From Takakia lepidozioides (taxonomy: Eukaryota > Plantae > Bryophyta): DNA of 64,000 bases. The position numbers and the translations under genes were made by a program. The stretch lies in NCBI GenBank assembly GCA_030704615.1, contig CM060733.1, forward strand, positions 23,436,001 through 23,500,000. Reading direction: 5' to 3'. Of the stretch, positions 27,077-40,755 are shown one piece after another (positions within the stretch are counted from its first letter, which is position 1; every line of letters begins with the position of its first letter). The notes under the pieces are model-generated. The model ran no database searches and was not told where the DNA came from. It saw only the letters and a program-made list of their open reading frames with translations.

Positions 27077-27191
27077 AGGGTAAAGCACCTGGACGAGGTG
27101 GTTCCCAGGTTTTCGCCCCTGTAAACTCGAGCTACCGCCCTCGTTTCAAGGGCTCAAACCTGGGAACCACCTCGTCCAGGTGCTTTACCCT
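27077..27191. repeat. Perfect 36-bp inverted repeat with 43-bp spacer (tiny MITE or hairpin)
   Basis: 27077-27112 is the exact reverse complement of 27156-27191. Confidence 0.9.
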
Positions 27192-28368
27192 GTACAAAAT
27201 TTGAGAATAAAAAAGTAGTTTCGCTGGTGAAATTCATTGCCAATTTTTTTCAGATGGATATAGCATGCACAAATTTGCAACAGCTTCCCAAATTTTCTGG
27301 CAGTTCTTTTCGCCACATCATATTCTATGGCTATTTCTATAATATATGGAATATCCTTTTAAGCTAGCATAAATTGAACCCCGCCTCCTCAACTAGTGGC
27401 TCATCTTCTCGTTGACAAGTGCATCACGTTTGTTTGGAGAACACACAGGAATACCCATGGCGGTTTCTCCTCTCAAACAAACAGTCTCGGAAAAGACGAT
27501 ACTTTTTGTGTTTGAAAAATCACTACTCGATCAAAATGAAAGTGTTCCTTTCTTCACGTTGAGATCTCCCTTTTGCCCGTCCAGAACGGCTTAGCTCTCA
27601 ATGGAGGCAATGACTGATGGTGATGATGCTAGGTGATATTATAAATTTCATAGCAGGGAACACTTGTTGCAGCCGCCCAGTACTCAATCTACGGACCTTT
27701 ACTTCTCCATTACAGTGGACTTTGATCAGACGGACTCATCTCTTGTTTGTCCTTATGTAATAAAGAATGGTTCAGAATCATCATACAGAAGTAAGTAGGT
27801 CTGTCATCACGTCCCTGCTGGATACTGATACTTTGACTAAAAGCAACAAGTTACACTGTACAGAAAGTGATCTCTTTCGGTACCTAATAATTTCTCCTGC
27901 AAAAAAGTGGATGTTTGAATGTCGTCTAACTATAGAGTGTGCTCTACCCACATCCACACTGACATGCGATCAGAACCTGAGATCTCTGGTTCTGCAACTG
28001 TGTAATATGGAATGCTCACTGGAGGTACAAGGCTCAGCTACTAGACTAATGTCCGCTCAGACTGGGAAATCGTATGAATACCTGCCTTATGATGTCTGAA
28101 CAGAAGAAAATTTGGGCGCCTCCAAAACTTAGCTGTGATATGTTGGTAAACCCAAGAGCCTGACCGTGTCAGGTGTTTGACGCTTGCCTGCGCGTCAAGA
28201 TGAGTGCTCGCTGGAAGAGCTCATGTAAGGTACGTACATTGAAACCTCTCATATCCTCGAGATCAACTCAAACGTTTGAAACACTTTTCTACATAAAGAG
28301 GTAAGCATTTGGCTGTTGGTGCAGCCGGAACGTTCAAAACTTAATGTCAGTTTCTGACCAATCCTAAG

Positions 28369-31056
28369 TTATGGCCCTTGAGACCAACTTTGGTGTATTC
28401 TTGCAATGGCCTTCGGTACCGGAGGGTCGACAACCGGGATGCTGCCCTCTAGCATTTGGACCACTTTACCCATGGACGGTCTCACTGAAGCCTCGTCCTG
28501 AATACACCAGAATGCTGTGCGTAGCAACCTCTCGACCTGATTGATGTCCACCCCCTGGCCCAGATGAGCCGCCTGTTCCACAATCCCGGCCACAAGACCA
28601 CCCTGCTGCATTTCATGATAAGCCCATGCTGGGAAGTGATGCTTTCTGGATTCTGTTATAGAAATATCAAGGGCCCTTCTCCCAACCACGATCTCGAGTA
28701 GAACCATCCCAAAACTGAAGACATCGGCTTTTGCAGTAAGCGGCAGGTTTGCTACCCACTCAGGGGCAAGGTACCCCCGGGTCCCTCGAATTGCGGTATT
28801 GTTGCGGGCCTGACCTTGGATACCCAGTATCTTGGCCAATCCAAAATCAGAAACCTTTGGACAGAACTTCTCATCCAGCAGTATGTTCTCTGGTTTGATG
28901 TCACAGTGGACTATGCAATCTCTGCACTCCTCATGCAAGTAGGTGATGCCCCGTGCCGTTCCCAGCGCAATCTCGAATCGCGTTTTCCAATCGAGAATCA
29001 CCAGCTGACCACTGGAGGTGCTACCTCCATGACTACTAGTAGAAGTGCCGCTGTCATGCAAGAGAAAATTATCAAGAGAACCGTTGCTCATGTACTCGTA
29101 CACAAGGAGCCTGTGCTGGCCTTCCGAGCAGAATCCATGCAGGTGGACCAAGTTCATGTGATGTGTGCTCCCGATGATAGCGACTTCTGTTCGAAACTCT
29201 CTCTCACCTTCACACCAATCCCCCCCAACAGGTAAAAGTAAGTAAATATCCGGACACAACTCGATTAAACATCTCTCTGCGCCACTGTAACCCAGGCTCA
29301 CAACAGATCATCATCTTTGAATAGGTGTTCTGCCATAGTACCAGAGTACGGCAAGGTGCACCTACATAGACACTTGTTCAAAAAGATTGACACTTTAGAA
29401 TGAATTTCAACCCTGAGTTCCAGACGAGTTTCTCTCACCTTGCTCAACTACATCCTCAAGCCGTTTCACTGCCACCCTCGTCTTGTCTGGCAGCACGCCC
29501 TTGTATACAGTACCAAATCCGCCGGCGCCAAGCTTCTCACCGAAGTTCTTCGTGGCGTTCTGCAACTGTTTGTAAGAAAATTTGATAGGGGCTCCTGGGA
29601 CATATTCTGCCGAGCTCGCACTAATCGGACCAGACGCCTTGAAGACTTGAAATTCCATTTTGTGCCGACGCAAATACGGCCAAGCAAGAATCGCAAGGAG
29701 TAGAGCTGCCAAAACAGAAAGAAATGCAATGACAGCAAGTAGTGTTTTAGAGTTCCTGGTAGTAGATCCAGCCGTACCTGGCAACACTGACAAGTCCACA
29801 AGTTGAGTTGTACAGAGCTTGACATAAGATAAACTCGTAACAAATGGAGACTGGTAACAACTGAGGTATTGGGTGCGTTTCTCTTCGCAAACGCCTTTCC
29901 CATCATTTTGAAAAGTGGAAGCCACACAGCCACTGTCAACCAGGCAGGACTGGTTACAGCTGAGACTATTTACGTTGTTGATAAGATAGTCAGAAACCAT
30001 CGATAAAATAAAGGTATTCTGCAAGGTGACAACCTTCAAGCCATCACTGCAGTTGAGGGGAATTTGAAGAACACACCCTTCTGTGCTGTCTTGCGGATTG
30101 AGAGGTCCATAACCTGGTAGGCATGTGCATACAGGCTTCGTTGGACTGTATGCACAAAGACCATTTTGCCCACACCAACCATATATTTCGCACTCATTAT
30201 CTATGGCTTGCCAGGTTGAGGTCCAATTCGAAAGAGACGCCTCCCAGCTGTAGATCCGCAGGTTTCCATCTGGCTCTACAGTCAGGCGCCTGACAGGACC
30301 CGCACCATAGTCGTCGCTTAACCATGATACAACCAAACCAGATGAGTTCAACAATTGAAATGAGCCTGTTGTGTCGAAGAATGCGCGATTTGGGATCGCT
30401 GTTGAGGGGCCACCGACTGTGCTGGACTGCCAGTATATGTTGGTATTGTTCCAGTACAAAGCCAGGTTTCCATCTGAGCCCAATTTAAGAAGGTAGCTGG
30501 ATATCGATGGATCTGAATGGGCGGTCTGGTTGGCACGGAGCGAGGAGCCTTGAGGCAGTGTCTGCCCAGGTAAAAGCGTGTCGGAAGGGAAGTCCCAACT
30601 TTGCCACACGTATGCGCCACTGCCGTTTAGCAAGACAAAGTTCCCAGAGTCCAAGAGACTGGCCCCAACAACCCCTAGCTGGCTTGTGTTGCTGGACCAA
30701 ATCACAGCTTGCGAGGAATTCTGAATCAGCACTAGGTTACCATCCGATTTAAGCTCCAACGCACCCGTCGTATCCACCGGATATGTTGCGTTCAGGGTCC
30801 ACACGATAGTTTGAAGCGAGAGCTGTGCATACCGGATGCCAAGATTGTAGGCAGTATCTACCGTGCCAGGGGCATAGAACCCCAATGCAAAGGTGCCATT
30901 AGGAGATGAAATCCAGGGGTTCTGACCAGGGACAAGGCTTGCGCCCAATCGGATTGGTGCTTGAGTCTGATTGGTCGCCTGATTACCTGCAAATAGACAG
31001 GCTGCCAAAACGAAGACTATCGCCGCTCGCGAACATAGTGCTGCACAGTAGTTCAT
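28369..31056 (-). CDS. G-type lectin S-receptor-like Ser/Thr kinase (SD2-like); two exons, predicted intron 29208-29438
   Basis: Signal peptide, B-lectin (WQSWDFPSDTLLPGQ), S-locus/EGF (CEIYGWCGQNGLC), PAN-like, TM, and kinase (LGAGGFG, VAVK, HCDIKPEN, DFG, RGTRGYLAPEW). Splicing restores EQGEREFRTEV. Confidence 0.93.
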
Positions 31057-34000
31057 CTCATCTCCTGTTTACAGAATACTCCTTCACTACACAGATTTGA
31101 TCACCTGCGAGCTCATTTCCTCCAGAAACTGCAAAATTCAGTGGACACACTATTTTAGGAGATTTACTTCAAGACCTTGGTGCGACAACATCATCCCCTG
31201 ATATAGGAAAAGTCCATGCCACCATCCTGTAACCTCTCTCCTCGCTGATCCGATTCTCATCGTCGCAACACGTGAGTGGTTTGATGTTCCAATCTGCATG
31301 ATCATAAAGTTCCCCCACACATCCCCTCGCTAAAATGAACTCTGTAGAGCATATCCGTGACAAACTTGACTTGCATGAATCAGTGGGCAGATCTCCAAAG
31401 GCTCTCTCACTATCAGAATCCAGCTGACCTCGCACTCTGTTCTCTGGAAACAGTTGAAGAAGCTCTCTTCGCCTTCCATGCATCCCTAATGTTCTGTCTT
31501 ACACGAGTTCATACTCCCCGTGTGATTCACAATGCCTTGTTTGTTTGATCTCTGTGCAAGTCCTCCATCTCTCAGATTTCGATGGCGGTTAAACGAACAG
31601 ACAGTCTACCGCCCCGCGTCATTAAATGCTTGGTGGGCCCAGGCCCCACAAGCACTAAAAGCACTGCTCTCACAGACAAGCCTGCCACCAGGAATGTCAC
31701 TGTGGCTTACTTTATAGCAGCTTCACCCCTATCTGCCCATTGTGAGATCCGGTTAACTTCTAAACATCCTGTGGTTAACGCTGATCAATTTTGTTTAGAA
31801 CACTCTGACAGACGGTCAGCTAAAACTCCTATTCTTTAGACTGCCCTAATAAAAATATGTCCACTCATTTTGGGTCCGGGCTGCACAGTCACTAACCCTG
31901 GTTAGTGCACACTGCACTCAAAGGTGAGCAGGCCGGGAGTAACACAGGGCTGATGGCTGATGGCCCGTGGCGGATGACTGATATTTTAGCAACCGCCCTT
32001 TGCTATTATATGGTAGAGGGCGGAAGGCAGTAGCTCTTCGGGATCAAGAGACACCATAATTTACACTTCCTTCCGGAGGCGTCATATATGTACATATATA
32101 TATATATGTTAGAGAGGGAACCATCAAAACCCAGCTGTTTTGATCTAAAAAGAATCAAAACTTCCTCTTGTGCATCATAGTCACCGTTGCTGTGGTAAGA
32201 CTGCAAGTGAAAATTTAGGCTGCCCAACTTACGGCCCTAGTTCGTAGCCCTAAATGTCACTGCAAAGGAGCTACATGAAATTTCTTTGATCAAATCCATC
32301 CAAACCTGCTTGGATGGGGGTTGCCCTTGGGGCTTATCCAACGGGCCACCCCTCTGAAGACCGGGTCACCCGCCCTAACGGCCTGCATTCAATGCTGGAT
32401 GTCCCCTGCCAGCTGCCCAAGATGAGGGCAGCGGGCAGAGGGAAACGGGCAACGGGCAGGACATATTTTCAGGGATTCTGAGGCTATGTTGTGTGCAGTC
32501 GGCCATAAATCTCGGTCACCTGGCCCAATGGTCCTAGGGCAGGTGTCGTTGACAAGCCCTAATTGAGGTTTACAGCAGGTAAAATCGAAGGGTGGTTCAT
32601 GGCGATCCTGGATTCAATTCTTCGAACTCTTTCTGCAATCGCAGAATTGCTGTCTGCATTGACTAAATCCACACAGAGCTATATACTAAGAAAAACTAGA
32701 GTAGTTTCTGCCTCTGAGTTGGTTGGTTGGCTTGCGAAAGTTCCGAGAGCAGCAGTATGTCATGCTTGTCTTTGAAGTAGGTAGATGATGAGGTCGATTG
32801 GATGTTGAGGGGCTTTTTTGCTCTTGCAACAATTCGAAAAACAAAGAACAACTAGCTAAGAGTGGAATGTGTAGGACCCTTCTGCCCATGTTGGGTTGCA
32901 TCAAGACTGGTCACCGGTTGATGGTGGTGATCGAAACTTATTGGATGACTGTAGCGATCTTAAATGCATACATGTGCAGAAGGCAGGGTCCGCCACCCCT
33001 CCCACGGGCCACCTGCTTGTCCTTTGCTTGAAGCTCTAGAAGAGTATCGCAGCTTTTGCGGAAGAAAGTGGTCGTTTTGGAGAGTGGACATTGGCTGCTA
33101 ATAAGTTACTCGGAAGTTCCAAGAGAACTATAGATGTTGTTGGTAGTAAATGTTATTTTATTAGCAGTGAACATTTGAAAGCCTCCGCCTTCGTTGTGAA
33201 TCGACATAAGGGAGCACAGATCTTGTCAAGTTTAGTGAAGAGCAGGGAAGAAAGTTTTCCTTGTCCGGTTTCTGAGTGTTGGGGTCTTCTATTCACCATG
33301 GATCTAGAATGGTAGAAGTCAAGGTCTGGTCGTTTCCCAGATAGTCCTTGAAATCTCTGTAAATACATTTGTGATACAAACAATCTTAGTGACTACACGT
33401 CTACAAGTGAAGTTCCTGTCCCAAAAGAGAAAAACTTGGGTTTCTCCCATAAGCTGCCAATTGCCCTCTTGTATGTATCTATCTTTTCTTTGTCCCTTTG
33501 AACTGGCAACGGTCTGTAAACTGATCATGTGTAGAACGCGGCGTCCTCTCTAGGGAGTTGAATGCTCTGACATGGCCCCTGAGGCAAACGGTCCCAACTC
33601 ATTGCAAACTTCACACAAACAAATTCACTGGGGGTAGAAGCACCCAGCATGGCATGTCCCAATTGTCCTGCACCAATGTACCCCTTTGGAAGGTGTCAGA
33701 GCATTTTTCGGTGGGGTGCACCACAATTGGCCAGTAAACTTACCCAAAGAGGAATGAACCATGTAGCCCTTGTTGTCACTCAACTGATCCTAGGTAGATG
33801 AACTCTACTGAAAAATGTTATACTACAAAATGATGGGGCCCATAGAGGGCTTTCCAATGATATCTTTATTTTCTAGACTGGGTACAACCCAAGGTAGGGT
33901 CAAAGGCCTATGACCATCATAGTGCCTATGACTGATCTGCTTCGGTCAGATCCTATGAAAGGCCATTTCCAAAGACTGCTCAATTTTGCCACTTGGCAAA

Positions 34001-35713
34001 CAGTGATTTGATTGACCCCAAAAAGTGTGATTGGTCATAGGGCTCCAGGTTCACACAAGCAGTCTGATAGGTTCAACTTTGAGACCAGACAACTTTTTGT
34101 GAACTTCATGAAATCGAGTAAGTTAGTTCCAAGTGTGTTGGGCAGTTCTCCCCGAATTAAGAACGACAAAACATTCACCATGAGATTTTCAACATAGCTA
34201 GATGAACGGTCATAGGGCTGTCTACCATACCAAGATTGCAATTTAGTAGGTGCATCAAAATGTAACTTATTATGTAACTTATTACAAACTCAAATTACAT
34301 CAAGTAAATGAAGTCTATTGAAAATTGTCAAACTACAAAAAGGAGGGGGCAGATGAAGAGCTTGTAAAACTTTGAAGCCAAACAACATTTTTTATTATTA
34401 GGGTCCTTTGTAGTTATGGGGGGTTCAAAATGATCTCCATAGCTTAGCAATTCAAGGTGAGCCAATTTCAAAATTAACTCCTTTGTAATTAGAAGTTTCA
34501 CTCAATTCCCCCTGTGAGGGTGTGGAATACGTGAGTGTGGTAAGAAAATATTATGATTCCAATGGTAGAATTTAAAAAAGAGGGCTCCCAAGTGGGCCCA
34601 ACTGTGGGCCAATTATGACTCGCCACGTAGACAGCCAATTCTACATAGCCCTTGTATTTCATGACCCATGGGTTTTCTAGAAATCTGCAGGTCGGATAAT
34701 TCATTAGAATTTGTTGCTTTCAATGTCAGTGGCCCTGCTGTCAGAAAATTAATTGCAGTTTGGATCATTAAAAAATATTAACATCTGCCAAAAAGACATA
34801 GGAAAATCTACTTCCTAAAACCCTAAACGGGTCTCGTGGGCCCTTAAGGGTCAAAACCTGTCAAGCAATAACCCCTACTTCTACCCTATACTAGGTAGAT
34901 CCGCAAAAGTGCAACATAAAATCCGTATATATATACCCGCAATCAAGTGTAATGTAATCAGTTTGAATGCACAAATCAACCCTGACAGAAGGAAGGAGCA
35001 GCGGAACTTTCATGAGTCTGTCTTTTCCCCTAAGATTTGAAAAGAAAGAATGAATTCATTGTATGGTACAGCCAAACCAGTAGGCTGTGTGAGCCACCCT
35101 GAACTTTCCCGAGGCAGCTGCTAGGCGCAGAGAGCGGGAGATAGAGCTGCACACAGAAGTACTTACTTGCACTCTACTTAACTTAGTGTTCCAGGGACTC
35201 CGCACAACATGAAGTTTCCTGAGCTCCTGTCGATGACGAGGGTAATGATTGGAACGGATTTTTGTGGATGCAACGGACAAGCCGTGTCTTTCAAACACAC
35301 TGGAGACGTGAGCCTAACAACGGCTCTTTAATTCAGTGTGACAGGTGTTGTGAAAGCACTTTCCAGGGAGGTCTTAAATTTAGATGGGTCATACGGGGTC
35401 CACCTTAGATCTGGTAGGTTTTGTCATATGTGTGGAGGGGACGAGCAGCAATAGGCCACTGCAGCAGCCCCCACCACGCCCACCACGTTGTAGCCCAGTG
35501 GTAATGGTAAAGAATTGATATTGAAAAAAGAAAATGGAACTCAAACTTCTATTTTAATTCTTGTGTTAAATGAGCAATACATATTCATGGTATATTTTGA
35601 AGGAATGTCTCTTAAAATAAAATTCATTATTAGGATTTAAAGTTTTTTCCAGCCAAAAATAAATTTATCTCTAATTAATCTTATTTTTCTAATTTATTTA
35701 ATCAATAAAATAG

Positions 35714-35925
35714 GACCCGGATCCGAACCCGTGAACCCGCTAATATTTCCCAACAACTACCCGGACCCTAACCCGAGTCCGTGTTGACAAACCCGGACCC
35801 AAACCCGGACCCGGACTTTTCAAATTTCAAAAACCCGGATCCGGACCCGGACTTGGCTCCGGAAAAAAAACCCGCACCCGGACCCGGCGGGTTCCTTAAA
35901 AAGGCAGAACCCGCACAACACTGGT
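35714..35925. repeat. ACCCGG(A/T)CC reiterations ending in CACAACACTG; probable subterminal region of an hAT-like non-autonomous element
   Basis: About ten acccgg motifs next to AT-rich sequence; the opposite terminus was not found. Confidence 0.4.
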
Positions 35926-36303
35926 TTTTTCCGCCTTCACCTTGTTGAGCTAAGCAGGCCCCTTAAAAAATGAAAATTTGGAAACTAAACCATCTTCAAA
36001 TAAATAGAAATAAGCCCCCAAGTTTGTATGGGCCCTGTCCATTAGAGGATGTTCCAGGAATTTAAAACGGGGCATTACACAAGGATTTGAAGAAAAAACC
36101 GTCTGTAAGGGAATTATATAAAGATGGTAGGAAGGCGACAACTATTAAATGGAGGGATGACTGAAATGGAGGATTTTTCAGCAGTCAAATTGGGATAAAT
36201 AGAGGAAAGGTGTCAGGAGGTCATGGTTTCTAGGGATGACATGGGTGGGGCAGCCTTGTAGAAAGGTCCAAGGTAGTTGCAGGATTGGGTGGATAAAAAG
36301 CGG

Positions 36304-36403
36304 CACGTGTTGAGTCCACTGGAAGTCCATGGGATTTCTTTTTTGTTAAGTCTCACGTGTTGAGTCCACTGGAAGTCCATGGGATTTCTTTTTTGTTAAG
36401 TCT
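36304..36403. repeat. Exact 50-bp tandem duplication
   Basis: cacgtgttgagtccactggaagtccatgggatttcttttttgttaagtct occurs twice in tandem. Confidence 0.9.
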
Positions 36404-37846
36404 ATTGCTTTCAGTTTATTTTTTAAAGATAGATAGTAGTATACGTAACATTTTTAGTAAAGAGTCCTTCCTCAAATATTGAGAGAATTTTTTTTAATAT
36501 ATTTTAATCTTTAATTTGAAAAAATATTTAAACGTCAAAATCTAGAGTTTACAACCACTTGTCCATATACCACCTGGCACCTCTAGATTATAGGTTTGTA
36601 TGCTTTTTTAGTACAAAACGACACCTCAAAACTCAAAATATAAAATGTTATGGACTAGAGCAAATCAACGTGTTTTTATGAAGATAACTAGTCCATACAA
36701 AAGTGGATTTGGGTTGGATTTAAAAATGGCACCCCTAAGTGTGTTTTCTTTTGTGCCAGTATATGAGTGTATATGATGTTTTTTCAGTCCATAAGATTTT
36801 ATGTGTAACATCTGCACTCCACAGTAATCAACTTTAAAAGTCCATGGCTCTCTGGTACATGATTGTTTTTGCAATCTAACAATTGGTACATATACCTATT
36901 GTAATTAGAAACCCTATACCATATAAATTTAGATGAAATTTTGAGTTGTTGGACAAATATGGGTAAAACCATGGAGGGAGGTCACTGTAGAAACTGCAAT
37001 GTTATGCAAAAACTGAGACACCCAATCCTGCAAATACCCTCCACAACTACTTCACGGGGGGATGCTAAACTGTGAGCGACCCACGTGAGCGGAATGATTC
37101 GTGAGCGAGAAGATGTCAATCTGTGAGCGGAAAGGTTCTCATGGCACAACTATCAATAATCACCATAGCCCCGCTATGCACACGTCATTTCCTACCACAA
37201 ACCAGATGAGGGGGAGATGCTTCGAGAGCAAATGATCTTGCTGCAGCCTCAGCATAACATGACAATTCAAGCATGGGGTGGACTTGGAAAAAAGTCCGGG
37301 TTCACAAAAAAATGGAGGAACCTTGGCGTTGTTGGGCTCCTGCAAAAATATTGCAAACATTCATGAGCTGCCCAAACTCCGACGCCACAAAGGAGTCCCA
37401 TGTAACGAAGAAAAAACAGACGACTTACTCACAATCAAAATCGTTGTCAATTTCCGAGCGTAGCTACGGCGTGAGCCCAGCCCCGTGAGCCTGGGAGCTG
37501 AGCTCACGTTCAAGCCACAAAGCGTGAGCGGCACGAATCTGTTGGAGAAGAAGATCATATAGGCGAGGATTGCAGGAAGAGGGCCTATTACCATGGACAA
37601 AACAAAGGGGGCCAACACACACCATGTCTGCAATGCCCGCTCAAAAACAGAAATATGAAAACATGGCAGATTTGAGCTCAGAATGATTGTCACAGTTTAT
37701 TTCAATTCACAGATAGACGCTTACAATGAATTGCATGTACATTTGCCTTGGTTCCGTAAACGAAATCCATATGTTTGTCAGAAATGCAAAGTCTTCACAC
37801 GGCAACCTGCAAACCAGCATGGGAAGCGGGCATGGCTCGTATGTGT

Positions 37847-40755
37847 TCAAGGAGAAGTTGGCGGAGCTCCACGCGAGGTGTCCCGCTGTAGAAGGGTGTT
37901 CACTTCTCCATAGCCTAGTGTGGCTTGGTGGATGAATTGGTCTCTCTTACCGTCGCAACACATAATCACAAGGTATATGTAATATTGATGCTTGCAGGGG
38001 ACCCACTTCCCTCTCATGCCGAGAGCGCCCTCACGCATCGTTACAAAGTCCGGACAAGTGCACGAAGGGAAATTCCCGACGGTAACCTGATATTCTTTGC
38101 CATGAAGAATTGACCCAATTGACAGCACTGTGTAAATCCGTCCATACCCCGGAGAAGGGACTTCGGTGATACGAGACACCCGAGCCTGCAAAATTCTAGC
38201 AGATTCCATCTTGCATTCGTGATCTGCACCCGAAGCGAAACGGCGCACTGTTTTTCCATCTCTTTTTGTTGGGTGGGAGTCGGCACCGGGTGGCGGCATT
38301 GCCGGAGCATGTAGCACATCTGTGCCGACAGTGCATGAGGGCACCACCCGGGACCGTGCAAGACAGAACCCTCTCTCCTCCAGCATGCTTATCTCGGTTG
38401 ATGACAGTGACGTCCCAATTTGCACAGGCCAAATTGCGGGGGGAGGGGGTTTCATTATCACCGAAAGACGAACTGTTCCCTTCACGCATCGTGCTATATC
38501 GTCTGGGCAGAACCAAAATTTGTGGTCCTTTGACTCCCCACTATGATAAGGTCGGAACAACCCTGTGAATGTTGGAGCTGGAGTCCCCCTGGAGCCTTTG
38601 CATATCTTTGATTTGCATTTCTTGAATGAGGGGGTCCGAATTGCCATGCAAGCCACTCTAGATCCAAGTGGGGTGCGTTCTATATGCCACTCACTATCAA
38701 TGCAATCGGATTCCTGCACCATGGCCACCGCCTCCTCCAATGGGATTCCCGCTGCTGTGCCAGAAAACCAACCAGTCCTCCAACTCCTTTACGTGGGTAC
38801 ATGTTGCAGCACCAGAGGAGAACCACCAAGCCCGGATTGCCTGGTAAGTGCTCTCAGCTTCTCCCATTGAGGTGGCATTCTTGTACTTTGAGACAGAGCC
38901 TTCTGTGCTCCAACTGCAGGTCAGGGCGAATGCAGCGCTTTGTATGACGTGCCAGAGATTGAGTCCAATGGAAGAGGCATGTGCGCTCCCTATTTTCCAT
39001 TGGGACCTTAGGATCCCCCGAACCAAACACGCGTCGCACTGCATTGAAATTTGTCTGTGCACTATCAGCCATGAAGCCCGCAAAATTTGTGTTTTGTATT
39101 CCATTGCACTACATGACGGCCAAGAGTGAATTCCACATGAGCATCTGGGATTCAGTGTCCTCCGACTGCATATCACAAATTGCTATGGAGAGCACACGCT
39201 GGTACGCCGGATCATACACATGGCACGCCATGGTTGTCCAACCCTTCACCCGTTTGCAGTGATCAAACATTAACCAACATTTAGCCAAATCTCCTCCTGG
39301 TTGCATACGGCGGACAATGCTCACACCACTGCCTTCGCCCACAGCGGACATCTTGAACAAATACACCTTGGACGAGCCCTAGCCAGGGAAGATACTGTTT
39401 TGAATGAATTCATAGCGACTCCTCCGTTTCAGGTCCATATTGTTGTCCATGAATCCAGCAGTGCCTGTGCCCATTCTGAGTGCATTCACCTGGTTTCGAA
39501 TATTGGGAGAGCTCAACACGGAGAAATGGTCCATGACTGCATTAAGCAAATCTGCATCCAGCATAAGTTGTGTCGCATCCCCTTCACCCAGTATGTGTTT
39601 CTCCAGGAATGCCTTGCTAGCTGCAAGCGCTATAGCAGAAGGTGTTGCACAAGGGGCATTGTGGAACTCCTGCTTCAGCAGATTTCTAGCGATGTCCACG
39701 CTATCCCTGCAACTTCCTTTGGACACAGGATGCTCGTGTGCACCCATATGAATGCAGGCACGAGTCATTGTCTTGCATCTGTGTGCCACCTGATACATAC
39801 GAGTGTGGCACACAGAAACACAGGACGGGGAAAGTTTGCAGAACCTGCACACGAAAGTATTGGTCCTGGGAGGGGCAAGCCCTGGGGTGAAAGGATTCAG
39901 GGGCACACCTTCCCACTCACTTTCGTTTGGTTGAGCGTTGTTTCTCAGGCGAGGGCAAGAAATATTCTGGCACTTACAATGCCCAACGCAGACCGACCTC
40001 CGAAATTTCAAGCCAATGTCGTTATGGATGTTCGACGTTTTTGTCCTGCACCAAGGATGTCCGTCATGTTTCTTGTCCATGCCCTGTAAAAGCCCAGCCA
40101 GTCCAGTGGAAGAGGTGGGAGGGTTGAGCTCAAACAGGATGTCCCCATCAAACTGTGCTGGCACGTATTGAACCCGTTGCACAGGAAGGGACTCCCAATC
40201 AACAAAACGCAGCTCGCTCTTGCACCCAGGCACACCTGCGAGGGCTTTCAATTTTGGAATGACACTCGTTATCTCTTGCAATTCGTCATCATCCAATGAC
40301 GGAGTCTGCACTGGCGGAGGAATCTCAGAAACATCCTCCGAGGACGAGCCTGAAAGAGTCACGAAGATAGTGGATGTGCTCACCTCTAGTTTCACAGGAA
40401 CTGTGCCCTTCTGTTGCACGACCGATGCTGCAGTGCCAGGGGTAACGACCGATCCTGCTGATTGTCTTCTCTCTTTTCCAAGGACATGGTATGTGCCTGG
40501 AAGGACTCTCCACTTCCTTCCACACTTGCCAACCAATGGTTTCTCCAAGTGCCCAAAATCCAAATTCCCATCCTCGTCATACACCTCTTTTTGAACAAGG
40601 AGAGAACCCAACTCCAGCGGGAACACTGTAACCAGCTCATCCTCATGAACAACTGCAAACCCATCGTCGTCTGCAGTGGCAGTCAGTGGAAGAGTACCTG
40701 CATTGGAATGGAATCGAGCAAGTGTATCTCGCTCCCTCGACATGTTTTCCCTCAC
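37847..40755 (-). pseudogene. MULE-type transposase: GCM/WRKY-like zinc finger, DDE core, C-terminal SWIM finger
   Basis: CVGHCKCQNISC...CRFC...GAHEHP; MFDHCKR; FMADSA; CLFHW (the Mutator CxxH signature); SWIM PSCTCPDF...PCKH. Two in-frame TAG stops and two frameshifts. Confidence 0.8.

Noticed and set aside
31100-37000. Short ORFs between the kinase and the MULE
   Set aside because: No recognisable domains or coding character; treated as intergenic sequence and decayed repeats.
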